Positions 46,265-55,592 of a stretch of 64,000 bases of DNA are shown here, one piece after another; within the stretch, counting starts at the first letter, position 1; every line of letters begins with the position of its first letter. Origin of the DNA: Alphaproteobacteria bacterium (GTDB lineage Bacteria; Pseudomonadota; Alphaproteobacteria; Bin95); the NCBI GenBank assembly GCA_963665325.3, contig OZ224045.1, positions 256,001 through 320,000 on the forward strand. Direction: 5' to 3'. The notes beneath the pieces were generated by a model. It saw only the letters and a list, made by a program, of their open reading frames with translations, did no database searches and was not told where the DNA came from. The position numbers and the translations under genes were made by a program.

Positions 46265-48291
46265 ACCGTCCGCGCCGTCCCCCGCCGGTTCATGAGCCAG
46301 CCCGCCGCTGCAGCCGGGGCACCCAGCACCACGGATACGATCAGCAATTGCGTGTGCGTATAGCCGGTCAGCTCGCCGCCTGGCAGGGCCAGCAGAAGGC
46401 CGGAAAAGAACAATGCGGCACGTATCGGCCATGCCGCCACCGGGTTGCCGGTGAGCGACCCGATGCCGATCAGATAGCCCTGAAGGGCTCCTGAGATCAG
46501 CACGACCCCGGCGAAGGCAAGCCCGCAGACAGTGATGACCTCGACGGTCGAGCCGTGGCCGATAAGCGCCGGGTTCAGCACGAAGAAGAACGGCACGAAA
46601 TAGATGATCGCGCCGAGCCGCATCGCCTCGAAACCTGTCGTAATGGGGTTGGCGCGGGCCACTGTCGCTGCCGCAAACGCACCGAGCGCGACGGGCGGCG
46701 TGATGAAGGAGATCATGCCCCAGTACATCATGTAGAGATGGACCGCGAGCAGGTCGAGCCGCCCACTGGCGGTAAGCGCGGGCGCAAGCGCGATGGCCAG
46801 GAAGAGATAGGCGGCCGTCACCGTCATGCCCATGCCGAGGATGAAGCTGGTCAGCGCCCCCATTACCAGCAGTATGAAGATCGAATCGCCGGCAAGATCG
46901 ACAAGCTCCAGCGAGAGGTTGCCGACTTTTCCGGTCAGCATCAGCGCGCCGATGATGAGGCCGACGCCCGCCAGAATGCCGGCGAGCTCCGTGAACAGCT
47001 TCGCGACACCGATGAGGAACTGCTTGCACCGCTCCAGGTTCCAGCGGTCGTGCGCCCGCACCTGGTTAATGACGATCAGAAGGGCTGCAGCGTAATACGG
47101 CGCCTGCGCTTCCTGCTGCATGACCAGCAGCATCACGATCAGCAGCACCAGCACGAAGATGAAGTGCCAGCCGTCGCGCATGACCTGCCGCGCTTTCGGC
47201 ATTTCTGACTTCGGCAGGCCGGTAAGGCCGAATCGGGCCGAATAGGCGTCGATCTGCATGAACAGGCTGAAATAGTAGAGCAGCGAGGGAATGATCGCCG
47301 CCATCAAAATCACCGCGTAGGAGATTTCGAGGAAGGTCGCCATGATAAAGGCGGTGGCGCCCATCACGGGGGGCATCAGCACGCCGCCTGTGGATGCGCA
47401 GGCCTCCACACCGCCCGCATAGGCCGGCCGGAAGCCCACACGCTTCATCGCCGGGATGGAAAGCGCGCCGGTGGTCAGCACGTTGGTGATGACCGAGCCG
47501 CTCATCGAACCCATCAGGCCGGACGAGAAGATCGCAACCTTGGCCGGCCCGCCGCGGTAGCGTCCGAGCAGGGCGAATGCCAGGTTCAGGAAGAAGGCCC
47601 CACCACCGGTGAATTGCAATGCGACGCCGAAAATAAGGAATCCGACCACCAGCGAGGCGAACGCGCGCATGGGAATGCCCATGACGCTTTCCGTGCCGAA
47701 CATGTGGAAGCTGGCGGTCACGGCCATGGACTCGGCCTGGCCTTCGAGGAAACCGGGCGCATGCTCCGCCAGGGCCGGGTAGAGCGAAACGACGAAGCAG
47801 ATGATGAAGATCGGCATGCCCCCTGCCCTGCGGGTCGCCTCGAGCACCATCGCCCACATGAAATAGGAGGCGTAGATTGCCCATTCTGGCGCGTCGTATT
47901 CCCAACCCTGCTCCAGGTTTTCTTCACCGTGCGCGGCAAAGACGAGCGAGACCGTAAACACGACGAGCGCGAGCAGCATGTCGTACCAGGGCACCCGGTC
48001 CATCGGCCCCACGCCCTTCCACGGCGGATAGAGCAGGAACACCAAAGGAAGAAGCATGGCGAACATGAAGTAGTAGTATTCGGTCTCCTCTCCGAAGATT
48101 TTGACGTCGATCATCAAATGGACGTTGAAGATGAAATAGATGGAGGCCAGCACCGACAGGCTGGATGCCGCCACCAGAATTGTCATCCAGATCGGTCCCA
48201 GATCGCGGTGGCGGCTGATGGATGCCTCCGCCTTTTCGACCGCGTCTTCCGCCTGACGGCTAAGCGCCGTCGGTTCGCCGGACTGAGCCAT
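46261..48291 (-). CDS. TRAP transporter fused 4TM/12TM permease (TAXI-associated)
   Basis: GGPAKVAI, SGS...N, EACASTGG.LMPPVMGA, ITPPVAL. Confidence 0.93.
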   Translation of the reverse strand: MAQSGEPTALSRQAEDAVEKAEASISRHRDLGPIWMTILVAASSLSVLASIYFIFNVHLMIDVKIFGEETEYYYFMFAMLLPLVFLLYPPWKGVGPMDRVPWYDMLLALVVFTVSLVFAAHGEENLEQGWEYDAPEWAIYASYFMWAMVLEATRRAGGMPIFIICFVVSLYPALAEHAPGFLEGQAESMAVTASFHMFGTESVMGIPMRAFASLVVGFLIFGVALQFTGGGAFFLNLAFALLGRYRGGPAKVAIFSSGLMGSMSGSVITNVLTTGALSIPAMKRVGFRPAYAGGVEACASTGGVLMPPVMGATAFIMATFLEISYAVILMAAIIPSLLYYFSLFMQIDAYSARFGLTGLPKSEMPKARQVMRDGWHFIFVLVLLIVMLLVMQQEAQAPYYAAALLIVINQVRAHDRWNLERCKQFLIGVAKLFTELAGILAGVGLIIGALMLTGKVGNLSLELVDLAGDSIFILLVMGALTSFILGMGMTVTAAYLFLAIALAPALTASGRLDLLAVHLYMMYWGMISFITPPVALGAFAAATVARANPITTGFEAMRLGAIIYFVPFFFVLNPALIGHGSTVEVITVCGLAFAGVVLISGALQGYLIGIGSLTGNPVAAWPIRAALFFSGLLLALPGGELTGYTHTQLLIVSVVLGAPAAAAGWLMNRRGTARTV

Positions 48292-48336
48292 ATCCTTACG
48301 CCTCGATGTCTGGAGCAACTGGTTCCGTCAAACGAA

Positions 48337-48365
48337 CGGACCCGCCGCTGGAAACGGCGGGTCCG
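48337..48365 (-). terminator. intercistronic hairpin after the TAXI gene
   Basis: CGGACCCGCCG-N7-CGGCGGGTCCG, 11-bp stem. Confidence 0.55.
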
Positions 48366-48420
48366 AGCCTGTCAGGCTCCCGGCGACGACACGCTCGCGC
48401 CGCCGGGGCCAGTCGAACGA

Positions 48421-49581
48421 TCAGGAGAACGGCGCGTCCATTCCGGCTGCCGTCAGCGCATCGCCGCGCGCCTTGAGCCATCCGGACAGGTAGGCGTCGT
48501 CGTCATCCATGTCCTTGTTCGCCGCATGATACGTCTTCCACGCGCCGATCAGCACATCCTGACGCTTCAGCATGGCGTTGTTGTGCGCCTCGGCATCCGC
48601 ACCCCAGGCGCCCGCTTCCTTGTAGTAGCGGATCGAGCCATCCGCATAGGGGAAGACCCATTTGAAGTTCTGCTGGGAAAGCTGGTAGCCGGCCGTGCCC
48701 CCTTGAGCCTTGAAGCCGTCATAACCCTCCATGACCGCCTTGGTCATGGCGTAGCTGAAGTCATCGCTCATCCCGCCGGCGAGCCCGACGATGATCGGAT
48801 ACGGGTAAATCTGGCCGTCGACCTCCGGCTTGCCGGTGACGTTGTTCTCGAGGCCGATGCCGAGCGTGACCTTGTTCGGGTTCCAGAACGGCGCAACGGC
48901 CTTGGCACGCGCCCAGCCCTCCTTGTCATCGGGAGGCAGCTGAACCCACCAATTGCCTCTCGGCGAAGCCATCAGGCGATTGACGTGCGGCGACATGGTC
49001 GAGACCATCACGGCATCCGCCTGGCCGCCGATCACACCGTCCACAGCCTGTTTCCAGCCGGGGAACTCGACGATGGTGACATCGTCCTCCGTCACTCCAC
49101 CGAAGGCCATCAAAGCCTTGAGGTTGGTGTTGAGCGCCGGCGAGCCCTTGATATAGGCCATCTTCTTGCCCTTGAGGTCGGCGGCTGTCTTGATTCCCGC
49201 GTCACCCGCGATCGCCGGCATCAGGCCGTGTGGTCCCTTGGTATTGTTGTACAGGTTGCGGATCGGCATCGGTCCCCAGTCCTTGGAGCCGAACATGAAC
49301 ACGCCTTCCTGGTTGAAGTAGGAAGAGATGCCGCAGGCGCAGATATGCGCGCGCCCCTTCTTCACCGGGATCATGCGCGAGACGTCGTTCTTGCCCGGAA
49401 TCACGCGCAACTCGACATCATGCGTCCGCTTGAGCATGGCGCCGATGGCAATGGACTGGGCGTAGCCGGACGACGTGGTGCCGTAAGCCGTAAGCGTCAC
49501 GGTCTTCGGCAGATCGGCCGCCAAGGCCGGAGCCGCCATCCCGGCGACCACCGCCGCCGCGGCAAGCATACGAAGGTTCAT
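48421..49581 (-). CDS. TAXI family TRAP solute-binding subunit
   Basis: Signal peptide; TAYGTTSSGY, IKTAADLKGK, PYADGSIRYYKEAG; upstream of the fused permease. Confidence 0.88.
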   Translation of the reverse strand: MNLRMLAAAAVVAGMAAPALAADLPKTVTLTAYGTTSSGYAQSIAIGAMLKRTHDVELRVIPGKNDVSRMIPVKKGRAHICACGISSYFNQEGVFMFGSKDWGPMPIRNLYNNTKGPHGLMPAIAGDAGIKTAADLKGKKMAYIKGSPALNTNLKALMAFGGVTEDDVTIVEFPGWKQAVDGVIGGQADAVMVSTMSPHVNRLMASPRGNWWVQLPPDDKEGWARAKAVAPFWNPNKVTLGIGLENNVTGKPEVDGQIYPYPIIVGLAGGMSDDFSYAMTKAVMEGYDGFKAQGGTAGYQLSQQNFKWVFPYADGSIRYYKEAGAWGADAEAHNNAMLKRQDVLIGAWKTYHAANKDMDDDDAYLSGWLKARGDALTAAGMDAPFS

Positions 49582-49751
49582 TGGGGTCCCTCCCTTTCGT
49601 TCTTCCCTTATCCTGCCGATTTGCGACGGGTTCCACAAGCGCCGACAAAAACCCGATTTCACAGGCAATTCCGTCCGATCCTTGCGCCTGCCGGACCGCC
49701 CGCATATGGTCGCGAGTTCGTGGAGCCTGGAACTGGACGGGGCGCCGGACG

Positions 49752-50174
49752 ATGACGGTGTATGACAATCTGGTGACGCCCAAGATCCTGAATCGCGACT
49801 TCCTGCACACGCTCTACGATGCGGCCTATATGGAGTGCGAGCAGGACGGCGACGGGGACTCCGTGATTACCGAGAGCGGGCTGAAATGCATCGCGACGCT
49901 ACCGACCCACCAGGATGCCGTCCATCTCGCGATCCTCTTTCCATTGAAGGAGAATGTGCCACTCCAGGAAAAGCTGGAATGCGTCAATCGGATAAACGAC
50001 CGCTATATCATCACTCGCGCGGCCGTCACCAAGGACGCCACCCTTCTCCTCTGCGACTACTACATATATCTGAACGGCGGTGTGTCGCGAAAGGCGATCG
50101 TGCTGGGGACCAAGAAGTTCATCGAGGTAACGCGGGAGGCCGCCGAAGAATACGCGGCGGACATCATCGCATAG
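49752..50174 (+). CDS. YbjN domain protein
   Basis: DGDGD, VNRINDRY, DYYIYLNGGVS pattern; 140 aa. Confidence 0.7.
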   Translation: MTVYDNLVTPKILNRDFLHTLYDAAYMECEQDGDGDSVITESGLKCIATLPTHQDAVHLAILFPLKENVPLQEKLECVNRINDRYIITRAAVTKDATLLLCDYYIYLNGGVSRKAIVLGTKKFIEVTREAAEEYAADIIA

Positions 50175-50198
50175 CGGTTTCAGGCGGACTGCAACAGC

Positions 50199-51293
50199 AT
50201 GGCTAGCGGAACCGAGGAAGCGGCCGCGGGAACAGTGCTCGTTTGCGGTGCACTCGGCACGGTCGGCCGGGCGATGGTGGAGCATTTCGATACGCTACCG
50301 GGCTGGCGGGTCGTCGGCCTGTCGCGGCGGTCACCGGATTTTCCGACCGGGGCAGAGTTCCGCGCTGTCGACTTGCGCGACCGGGCCGCTTGCGAAGCCG
50401 CGCTCTCCGACCTTCGCAACATCACCCATATCGTCTATGCCGCGGTGTACGAAAAAGCCGATGTGGCAAGTGGCTGGCGCGATCCCGACCATGCCGAGAC
50501 CAACCTCGCCATGCTCCGCAACGCGGTCGAGACCGCAGAGGCGTGCTCGCCCGGCCTCCGGCATGTCACGCTGTTGCAGGGGACCAAGGCATACGGCGCC
50601 CATCATGGGCCGTTCAAGACGCCTGCCAAAGAACGCGAGCCGCGCTATTGGGGGCCGAATTTCTACCATGACCAGGAAGACTGGTTGAGCCAACGGGCTG
50701 CCGGCGCCGGCTGGAGCTGGACAGCCCTGCGCCCGCAGGTCGTCTTCGGCGTCGCCATCGGCTCCAATATGAACGCGCTTGCCTGCGTGGCGGCGTATGC
50801 GGCGCTTTCGAAGGAACTGGGCATGCCGCTCCGTTTTCCCGGCGGCGAGCCGCGTATCCAGGAGGCGACCGATGCCCGGCTGCTGGCTCATGCCGCCGCA
50901 TGGGCCGGCCGGACACCTGCCGCCGGCGGCGAGGCGTTCAACATCGCGAATGGTGACTGCTATGTCTGGCACAATCTGTGGCCCCGCGTCGCCGAAGTCT
51001 TCGAGATGCCGATGGAGCAACCTTTCCCCTGCTCGCTGAGGCGGATCATGGCCGACAAGGGGCCGGTCTGGGATACCATGGTTGCACGCCACGGGTTGCG
51101 GTCCTACCGGCTGGAGCAAATTGTGCCGTCCTGGCAGTTTGCGGACTTCATCTTCGGTTACGGCCAGCGCCCTAATCCCGCTGTCGTCAGTACGGTCAAG
51201 GCGCGGCAATTCGGCTTCCAGGAGTGCATGGACACAGAGGATATGCTGGTGGCTCTCCTGCGGCAGTTTCGCCACGAGCGCATCGTGCCTTGA
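50199..51293 (+). CDS. SDR, PRISE (progesterone 5-beta-reductase/iridoid synthase-like) family
   Basis: GALGTVG, GLSRR, QGTKAYG, NFYHDQED, WTALRP, FNIANGD. Confidence 0.85.
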   Translation: MASGTEEAAAGTVLVCGALGTVGRAMVEHFDTLPGWRVVGLSRRSPDFPTGAEFRAVDLRDRAACEAALSDLRNITHIVYAAVYEKADVASGWRDPDHAETNLAMLRNAVETAEACSPGLRHVTLLQGTKAYGAHHGPFKTPAKEREPRYWGPNFYHDQEDWLSQRAAGAGWSWTALRPQVVFGVAIGSNMNALACVAAYAALSKELGMPLRFPGGEPRIQEATDARLLAHAAAWAGRTPAAGGEAFNIANGDCYVWHNLWPRVAEVFEMPMEQPFPCSLRRIMADKGPVWDTMVARHGLRSYRLEQIVPSWQFADFIFGYGQRPNPAVVSTVKARQFGFQECMDTEDMLVALLRQFRHERIVP

Positions 51294-51360
51294 GAGCCGC
51301 CGCCCGCCCGCCTAGGCTGTGAACGTCACCCGGAACCCTCCGTCAACAATGGAATCTCGC

Positions 51361-52539
51361 ATGCACACAAGAGGCAAAGCCTTTATTGCGGGTATCTTCG
51401 AACACCCCACCCGCAAGGCGGTCGACAAGTCGGTCGCCCAGCTCCACGCCGAGAGCGCAAGGGGTGCGCTGGAAGATGCCGGCCTTTCGATCGAGGACGT
51501 CGATGCGTATTACTGCGCCGGCGACGCGCCGGGCCTCGGCCCGCTGTCGATGATCGAATATATGGGCCTGAAGAACGTTCGCCACATGGACGCGACCGAA
51601 GTGGGCGGTTCATCCTATGTCGTCCATGTCGGCCATGCCGCACAGGCGATTGCGGCGGGCAAGTGCAAGGTCGCCCTCATCACGCTGGCGGGACGTCCGC
51701 GTGCGGATGGCATGGCCACAGGCACCGCGCCCCGCAACTATGGGGACGCTTCGCCCGACGTGCCCTTCGAGTTCATCTACGGCCCGACCGTGGTGAATAT
51801 GTATGCCATGGCCGCGCGCCGGCACATGCACGAGTTCGGCACCACCAGCGAGCAGTTGGCATGGATCAAGGTAGCCGCCTCGCAACACGCCCAGCACAAT
51901 GAGCACGCCGTGCTGCGCAACGTGGTGACGGTGGACGACGTAGTGAACTCGCCGATGATTGCGGACCCGCTTCACCGGCTCGATTGCTGCGTGATCTCGG
52001 ACGGCGGCGGCGCGTTCGTAGTGGTCGCGCCCGAGGTCGCGGCTTCTCTTGAACGCGATTGCGTCAAGGTACTCGGTTGCGGCGAAGCGCCGAAGAACCT
52101 GATGTCCGGCCAGGTGGACCTGACCTTCACGGGTGCGCGCTGGTCCGGCCCGCAGGCGTTCGAGGAAGCCGGCGTCGCGCCGGGCGACATCGACTATGCG
52201 TCGATCTACGACAGCTTCACCATCACGGTGCTGGAGACGATCGAGGACCTCGGTTTCTGCGAGAAGGGCAAGGGCGGGGCTTTCGTCTCGGACGGTAACC
52301 TCATCTCCGGCACGGGCAGCCTCCCCTTCAACACGGACGGCGGCGGCCTCTGCAACAACCACCCCATGAACCGGGGCGGGCTCACCAAGGTGTTAGAAGC
52401 CGTGCGCCAACTGCGGGGCGAAGCGCACCAGGCAGTGCAGGTGAAGGACTGCCGGCTGGCATTGGCGCACGGCACCGGCGGCTCCCTCGGCACCCGCATG
52501 GGCAGTTCCACAACGATCCTCGGGAGGGCCGACGCATGA
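51361..52539 (+). CDS. SCP2/Ltp2-type thiolase-fold protein
   Basis: VGGSSY, DCCVISDGGGA, IYDSFT, NTDGGGLCNNHP. Confidence 0.88.
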   Translation: MHTRGKAFIAGIFEHPTRKAVDKSVAQLHAESARGALEDAGLSIEDVDAYYCAGDAPGLGPLSMIEYMGLKNVRHMDATEVGGSSYVVHVGHAAQAIAAGKCKVALITLAGRPRADGMATGTAPRNYGDASPDVPFEFIYGPTVVNMYAMAARRHMHEFGTTSEQLAWIKVAASQHAQHNEHAVLRNVVTVDDVVNSPMIADPLHRLDCCVISDGGGAFVVVAPEVAASLERDCVKVLGCGEAPKNLMSGQVDLTFTGARWSGPQAFEEAGVAPGDIDYASIYDSFTITVLETIEDLGFCEKGKGGAFVSDGNLISGTGSLPFNTDGGGLCNNHPMNRGGLTKVLEAVRQLRGEAHQAVQVKDCRLALAHGTGGSLGTRMGSSTTILGRADA

Positions 52540-52922
52540 GCCCCCGCAAGATTCCGGCGCCGCCGGCCAGTGTCGAAAACCACGACTTCTGGGAGGCGTG
52601 CAACGAAGGCAGGCTCATGCTGCCCCGCTGCGGCGATACCGGACAGTTCTTCTGGTATCCGCGCAAGATCAGCCCTTTCACGCTCTCCGGCAATGTCGAG
52701 ACGGTCGAGGCCGCGGGGACGGGTGAAATCTATTCCTACTCGGTCATGCGCCGGGCCGATCCCCAATACGCGATCGGCTATGTGCGCCTGGACGAAGGGA
52801 TCACCATGATGACGAACTTCGTCGATTGCGACTTCGACAGCCTGGCCGTCGGCATGAAGGTCAAGCTTGCGTTCGTCGAGGCGGAAGGCGGCCAGAAGGT
52901 CCCCTGCTTCACACCCGCATAG
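52536..52922 (+). CDS. DUF35 OB-fold protein
   Basis: FWEACNEGRLML, GEIYSYS, YAIGYVRLDEG; ATGA overlap. Confidence 0.88.
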   Translation: MSPRKIPAPPASVENHDFWEACNEGRLMLPRCGDTGQFFWYPRKISPFTLSGNVETVEAAGTGEIYSYSVMRRADPQYAIGYVRLDEGITMMTNFVDCDFDSLAVGMKVKLAFVEAEGGQKVPCFTPA

Positions 52923-52926
52923 GGTC

Positions 52927-53769
52927 TCATGCCTGCTGGCAAGGAGTCCGGGAAACCGGCTCCGTGCCGGCGATGAACAGGCCCGCTTCATCGGCAAGGC
53001 GGACCGCCGACTCCCGGTCCACGACCAGCACGCCGCCCGCCTCGGCCGCAATTCCCCGAAGGCCGCCGGCGGTGGCGGCGGCGACCGTGGCCGGTCCAAT
53101 CACCGGCAAGTCCATGCGCCGATCCTGTTGCGGTTTGGCCATCTTGACCAGCACGCCTCCGGGGCCCTCGCGGCGCAGGCGGCCGGCGCGCGCGATCATC
53201 CGGTCGGTGCCCTCAGCCGCTTCTATCGCGAGCACGATCCCCTGCTGCACGACGACGGCCTGGCCGGCATCGGCTCGTCCGAGCGCTTCGGCGACCTCCA
53301 TACCGCGGCGGATGTCTTCGAGAGCCGTCTTGTCCGGGGCCAGTAATCCAAGCGGCCCGGGCTGCACCAGGGAGTCGCCAAGGATGGAAGACACCTCAAC
53401 CACCCTGAGCCCCTCGGCTTCAAATGCCTTGACTACATGACGCATCAGCCCGTCATCGCCCAGTGCCCTTGCACCAGTCCGGGCGAGCAGGCGGATCGTG
53501 TAGAGGTCCGGCCTGAGCGATGCGAAGGACGGCCGCCGGACATGGCCGGCGAATACCACCTCGGCCGCCTCCTCCTCGCGAATCGCCGCGACAACCCGCC
53601 CGACGGCGCCGATCCGGCCCCAACGGTGCGGATGGCCGCGCAGTGAATCCGCGTCGGCAAATCCCTTCAACGCGAGTACGAAATAAGGCCGTTCGCATGT
53701 TCGACAGGCCTCGGCCAGTGCGAGCGGCAGCGACCCTCCGCCGGCGACGATCGCAAGCTTATCCTGCAT
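52927..53769 (-). CDS. lpxI: UDP-2,3-diacylglucosamine diphosphatase LpxI
   Basis: AGGGSLP, GDDGL, DAGQAVV, EAAEGTD, KPQQDRRMDLPVIG. Confidence 0.93.
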   Translation of the reverse strand: MQDKLAIVAGGGSLPLALAEACRTCERPYFVLALKGFADADSLRGHPHRWGRIGAVGRVVAAIREEEAAEVVFAGHVRRPSFASLRPDLYTIRLLARTGARALGDDGLMRHVVKAFEAEGLRVVEVSSILGDSLVQPGPLGLLAPDKTALEDIRRGMEVAEALGRADAGQAVVVQQGIVLAIEAAEGTDRMIARAGRLRREGPGGVLVKMAKPQQDRRMDLPVIGPATVAAATAGGLRGIAAEAGGVLVVDRESAVRLADEAGLFIAGTEPVSRTPCQQA

Positions 53770-54568
53770 CCTCGGAACTTTCCGGCAGGCAGAGCCCTCG
53801 GTCCGACTCGGCGCTCATGAAGTCGACAATGCGGCGCACCATGGGATCGCCTCCATATTCGGCCGCAACGGCGTCTATACGCTCGCCGATAGCACCTTCA
53901 GCGTCGAACAGTTGCCGGAAGGCCTGGCGCATCAGCTTCAGCGTCTCTCGGCCGGTTCCGGCACGCTTCAGGCCGATCCAATTGAGGCCCCGCAATGTCG
54001 CACGGTCGCCGAACACCATCCCGTAGGGGATGACGTCCTGCACGACGGCGGAAAGCCCGCCGATCATTGCGTAGGTGCCGACCCGCACGAACTGGTGCAC
54101 CGCCGCCAGCCCGCCGATAATCGCGCCGTCCTCTATCGCGACATGGCCGCCCAGGGTGGCGTTGTTCGCGAAAACGCAATCGTTGCCCACCCGGCAGTCA
54201 TGCGCGATGTGCGCGCCCATCATGAACAAGTTCCGGTCGCCGACGACAGTGCGCATGCCTCCGCCTTTCGTGCCCGGGTTCATGGTGACATGCTCGCGGA
54301 TAATGTTTCCGGCGCCGATCTCGAGCGACGAGGGCTCGCCGGCATATTTCAGGTCCTGCGGCGGATGGCCGATCGATGCGAAGGGGAAGATCTGGGTCCC
54401 GGGACCGACATGCGTACGCCCCGCCAATACGACATGGGACTGCAGAACACAGCCATCGCCGAGGTGGACTTCCCCGCCTATGTGGCAGAACGGCCCGATC
54501 TTCACGTCTTCGCCGAGCGTCGCGCCTTCCTCGACAACGGCGTTCGGGTGTATGGAACGCCCCATCAT
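53759..54568 (-). CDS. lpxA: UDP-N-acetylglucosamine O-acyltransferase
   Basis: Hexapeptide repeats, PQDLKY, HIAHDC, LGGHV, VHQF. Confidence 0.96.
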   Translation of the reverse strand: MMGRSIHPNAVVEEGATLGEDVKIGPFCHIGGEVHLGDGCVLQSHVVLAGRTHVGPGTQIFPFASIGHPPQDLKYAGEPSSLEIGAGNIIREHVTMNPGTKGGGMRTVVGDRNLFMMGAHIAHDCRVGNDCVFANNATLGGHVAIEDGAIIGGLAAVHQFVRVGTYAMIGGLSAVVQDVIPYGMVFGDRATLRGLNWIGLKRAGTGRETLKLMRQAFRQLFDAEGAIGERIDAVAAEYGGDPMVRRIVDFMSAESDRGLCLPESSEDAG

Positions 54569-55020
54569 AGTCCTTGGATCATTGCGCTGTACTCTGCCTC
54601 TGCCACCAGAATCCCATCGACCTTGGCTTCGCCGCGGAACCGCCACACAGCCCCCCGGTGGCGACGCACCGCAACTTCGACGCGTACCTGGTCGCCCGGC
54701 ACTACGGGCCGGCGGAAGCGCGCATTATCGATCGTCATGAAATAGACCAGCTTCCCCCGCACATGCTCACCCATCGTCTTCACAACAAGCACGGCCGCCG
54801 TCTGCGCCATCGCCTCGACGAGCAGGACGCCCGGCATGACCGCCTTGGACGGGAAATGCCCCTGGAAGTGCCTCTCGTTGATGGACACATTCTTTATGCC
54901 GACTGCGCTCTCTCCCAGTCGGATTTCAATTACGCGGTCGATCATCAGGAAGGGATAGCGATGCGGAATCGTCGCCATCACCTCGCCGATCTCCGCTATA
55001 TCGGCGTCGTCAATCGTCAT
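54565..55020 (-). CDS. fabZ: 3-hydroxyacyl-ACP dehydratase
   Basis: PHRYPFLMIDR, GHFP..VMPGVL.VEAMAQ, FRRPVVPGD. Confidence 0.96.
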   Translation of the reverse strand: MTIDDADIAEIGEVMATIPHRYPFLMIDRVIEIRLGESAVGIKNVSINERHFQGHFPSKAVMPGVLLVEAMAQTAAVLVVKTMGEHVRGKLVYFMTIDNARFRRPVVPGDQVRVEVAVRRHRGAVWRFRGEAKVDGILVAEAEYSAMIQGL

Positions 55021-55055
55021 ATTCCCTCGCCGCAGGCTGCCGGGAGTTTCGCCGC

Positions 55056-55592
55056 CTATTGCGGCACTTCGATGGTTACACTCGGCAGGACCTCGTTCAA
55101 GCGTTCCAGGGCATCCTGGGTGAATTCCAGAGCCTTCTCGTCCGCCCAGACGAGAGCAGCCTTCTGGATTACGACATTCGCGCCGAATTTCCCGGCCAGA
55201 TCCCGGGAGACGCGCAGCAGCTGCACCTGCACCTTGCGCACCGCTTCGGACCGTGCACGGTCCAACGCAGTACGCTGGCGCTGGGCCTTGCTGCGCAGCT
55301 GTGCAAGCCTTTCGCGCAACTCCTGCACCTTTGCCTTGTAGGCTTCCTTGTTGAGCAAGCCGCGCTGATTCGTCAGCGCCTGGTCTTCCTGCCGCAAGCG
55401 CGCCTCTGCCGCCTTGAATTCGCTTCCGTAGCGGGCCCCGATGGCTTCCACCTGCCTGGCGATCTCGACCACAGCCTTGGCTTCGCGCATGATCCTGTTG
55501 GTATCGATGACGATGGCGACCGCCTGCGGCACAGCTGCCGAAACCGGCGCAGCACACAGGCACAGCAGAAACACCGCCGCCAGCTTCCGCAT
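55056..55592 (-). CDS. skp: OmpH/Skp family periplasmic chaperone
   Basis: Signal peptide, IVIDTNRI, coiled coil; lies between bamA and fabZ. Confidence 0.8.
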   Translation of the reverse strand: MRKLAAVFLLCLCAAPVSAAVPQAVAIVIDTNRIMREAKAVVEIARQVEAIGARYGSEFKAAEARLRQEDQALTNQRGLLNKEAYKAKVQELRERLAQLRSKAQRQRTALDRARSEAVRKVQVQLLRVSRDLAGKFGANVVIQKAALVWADEKALEFTQDALERLNEVLPSVTIEVPQ

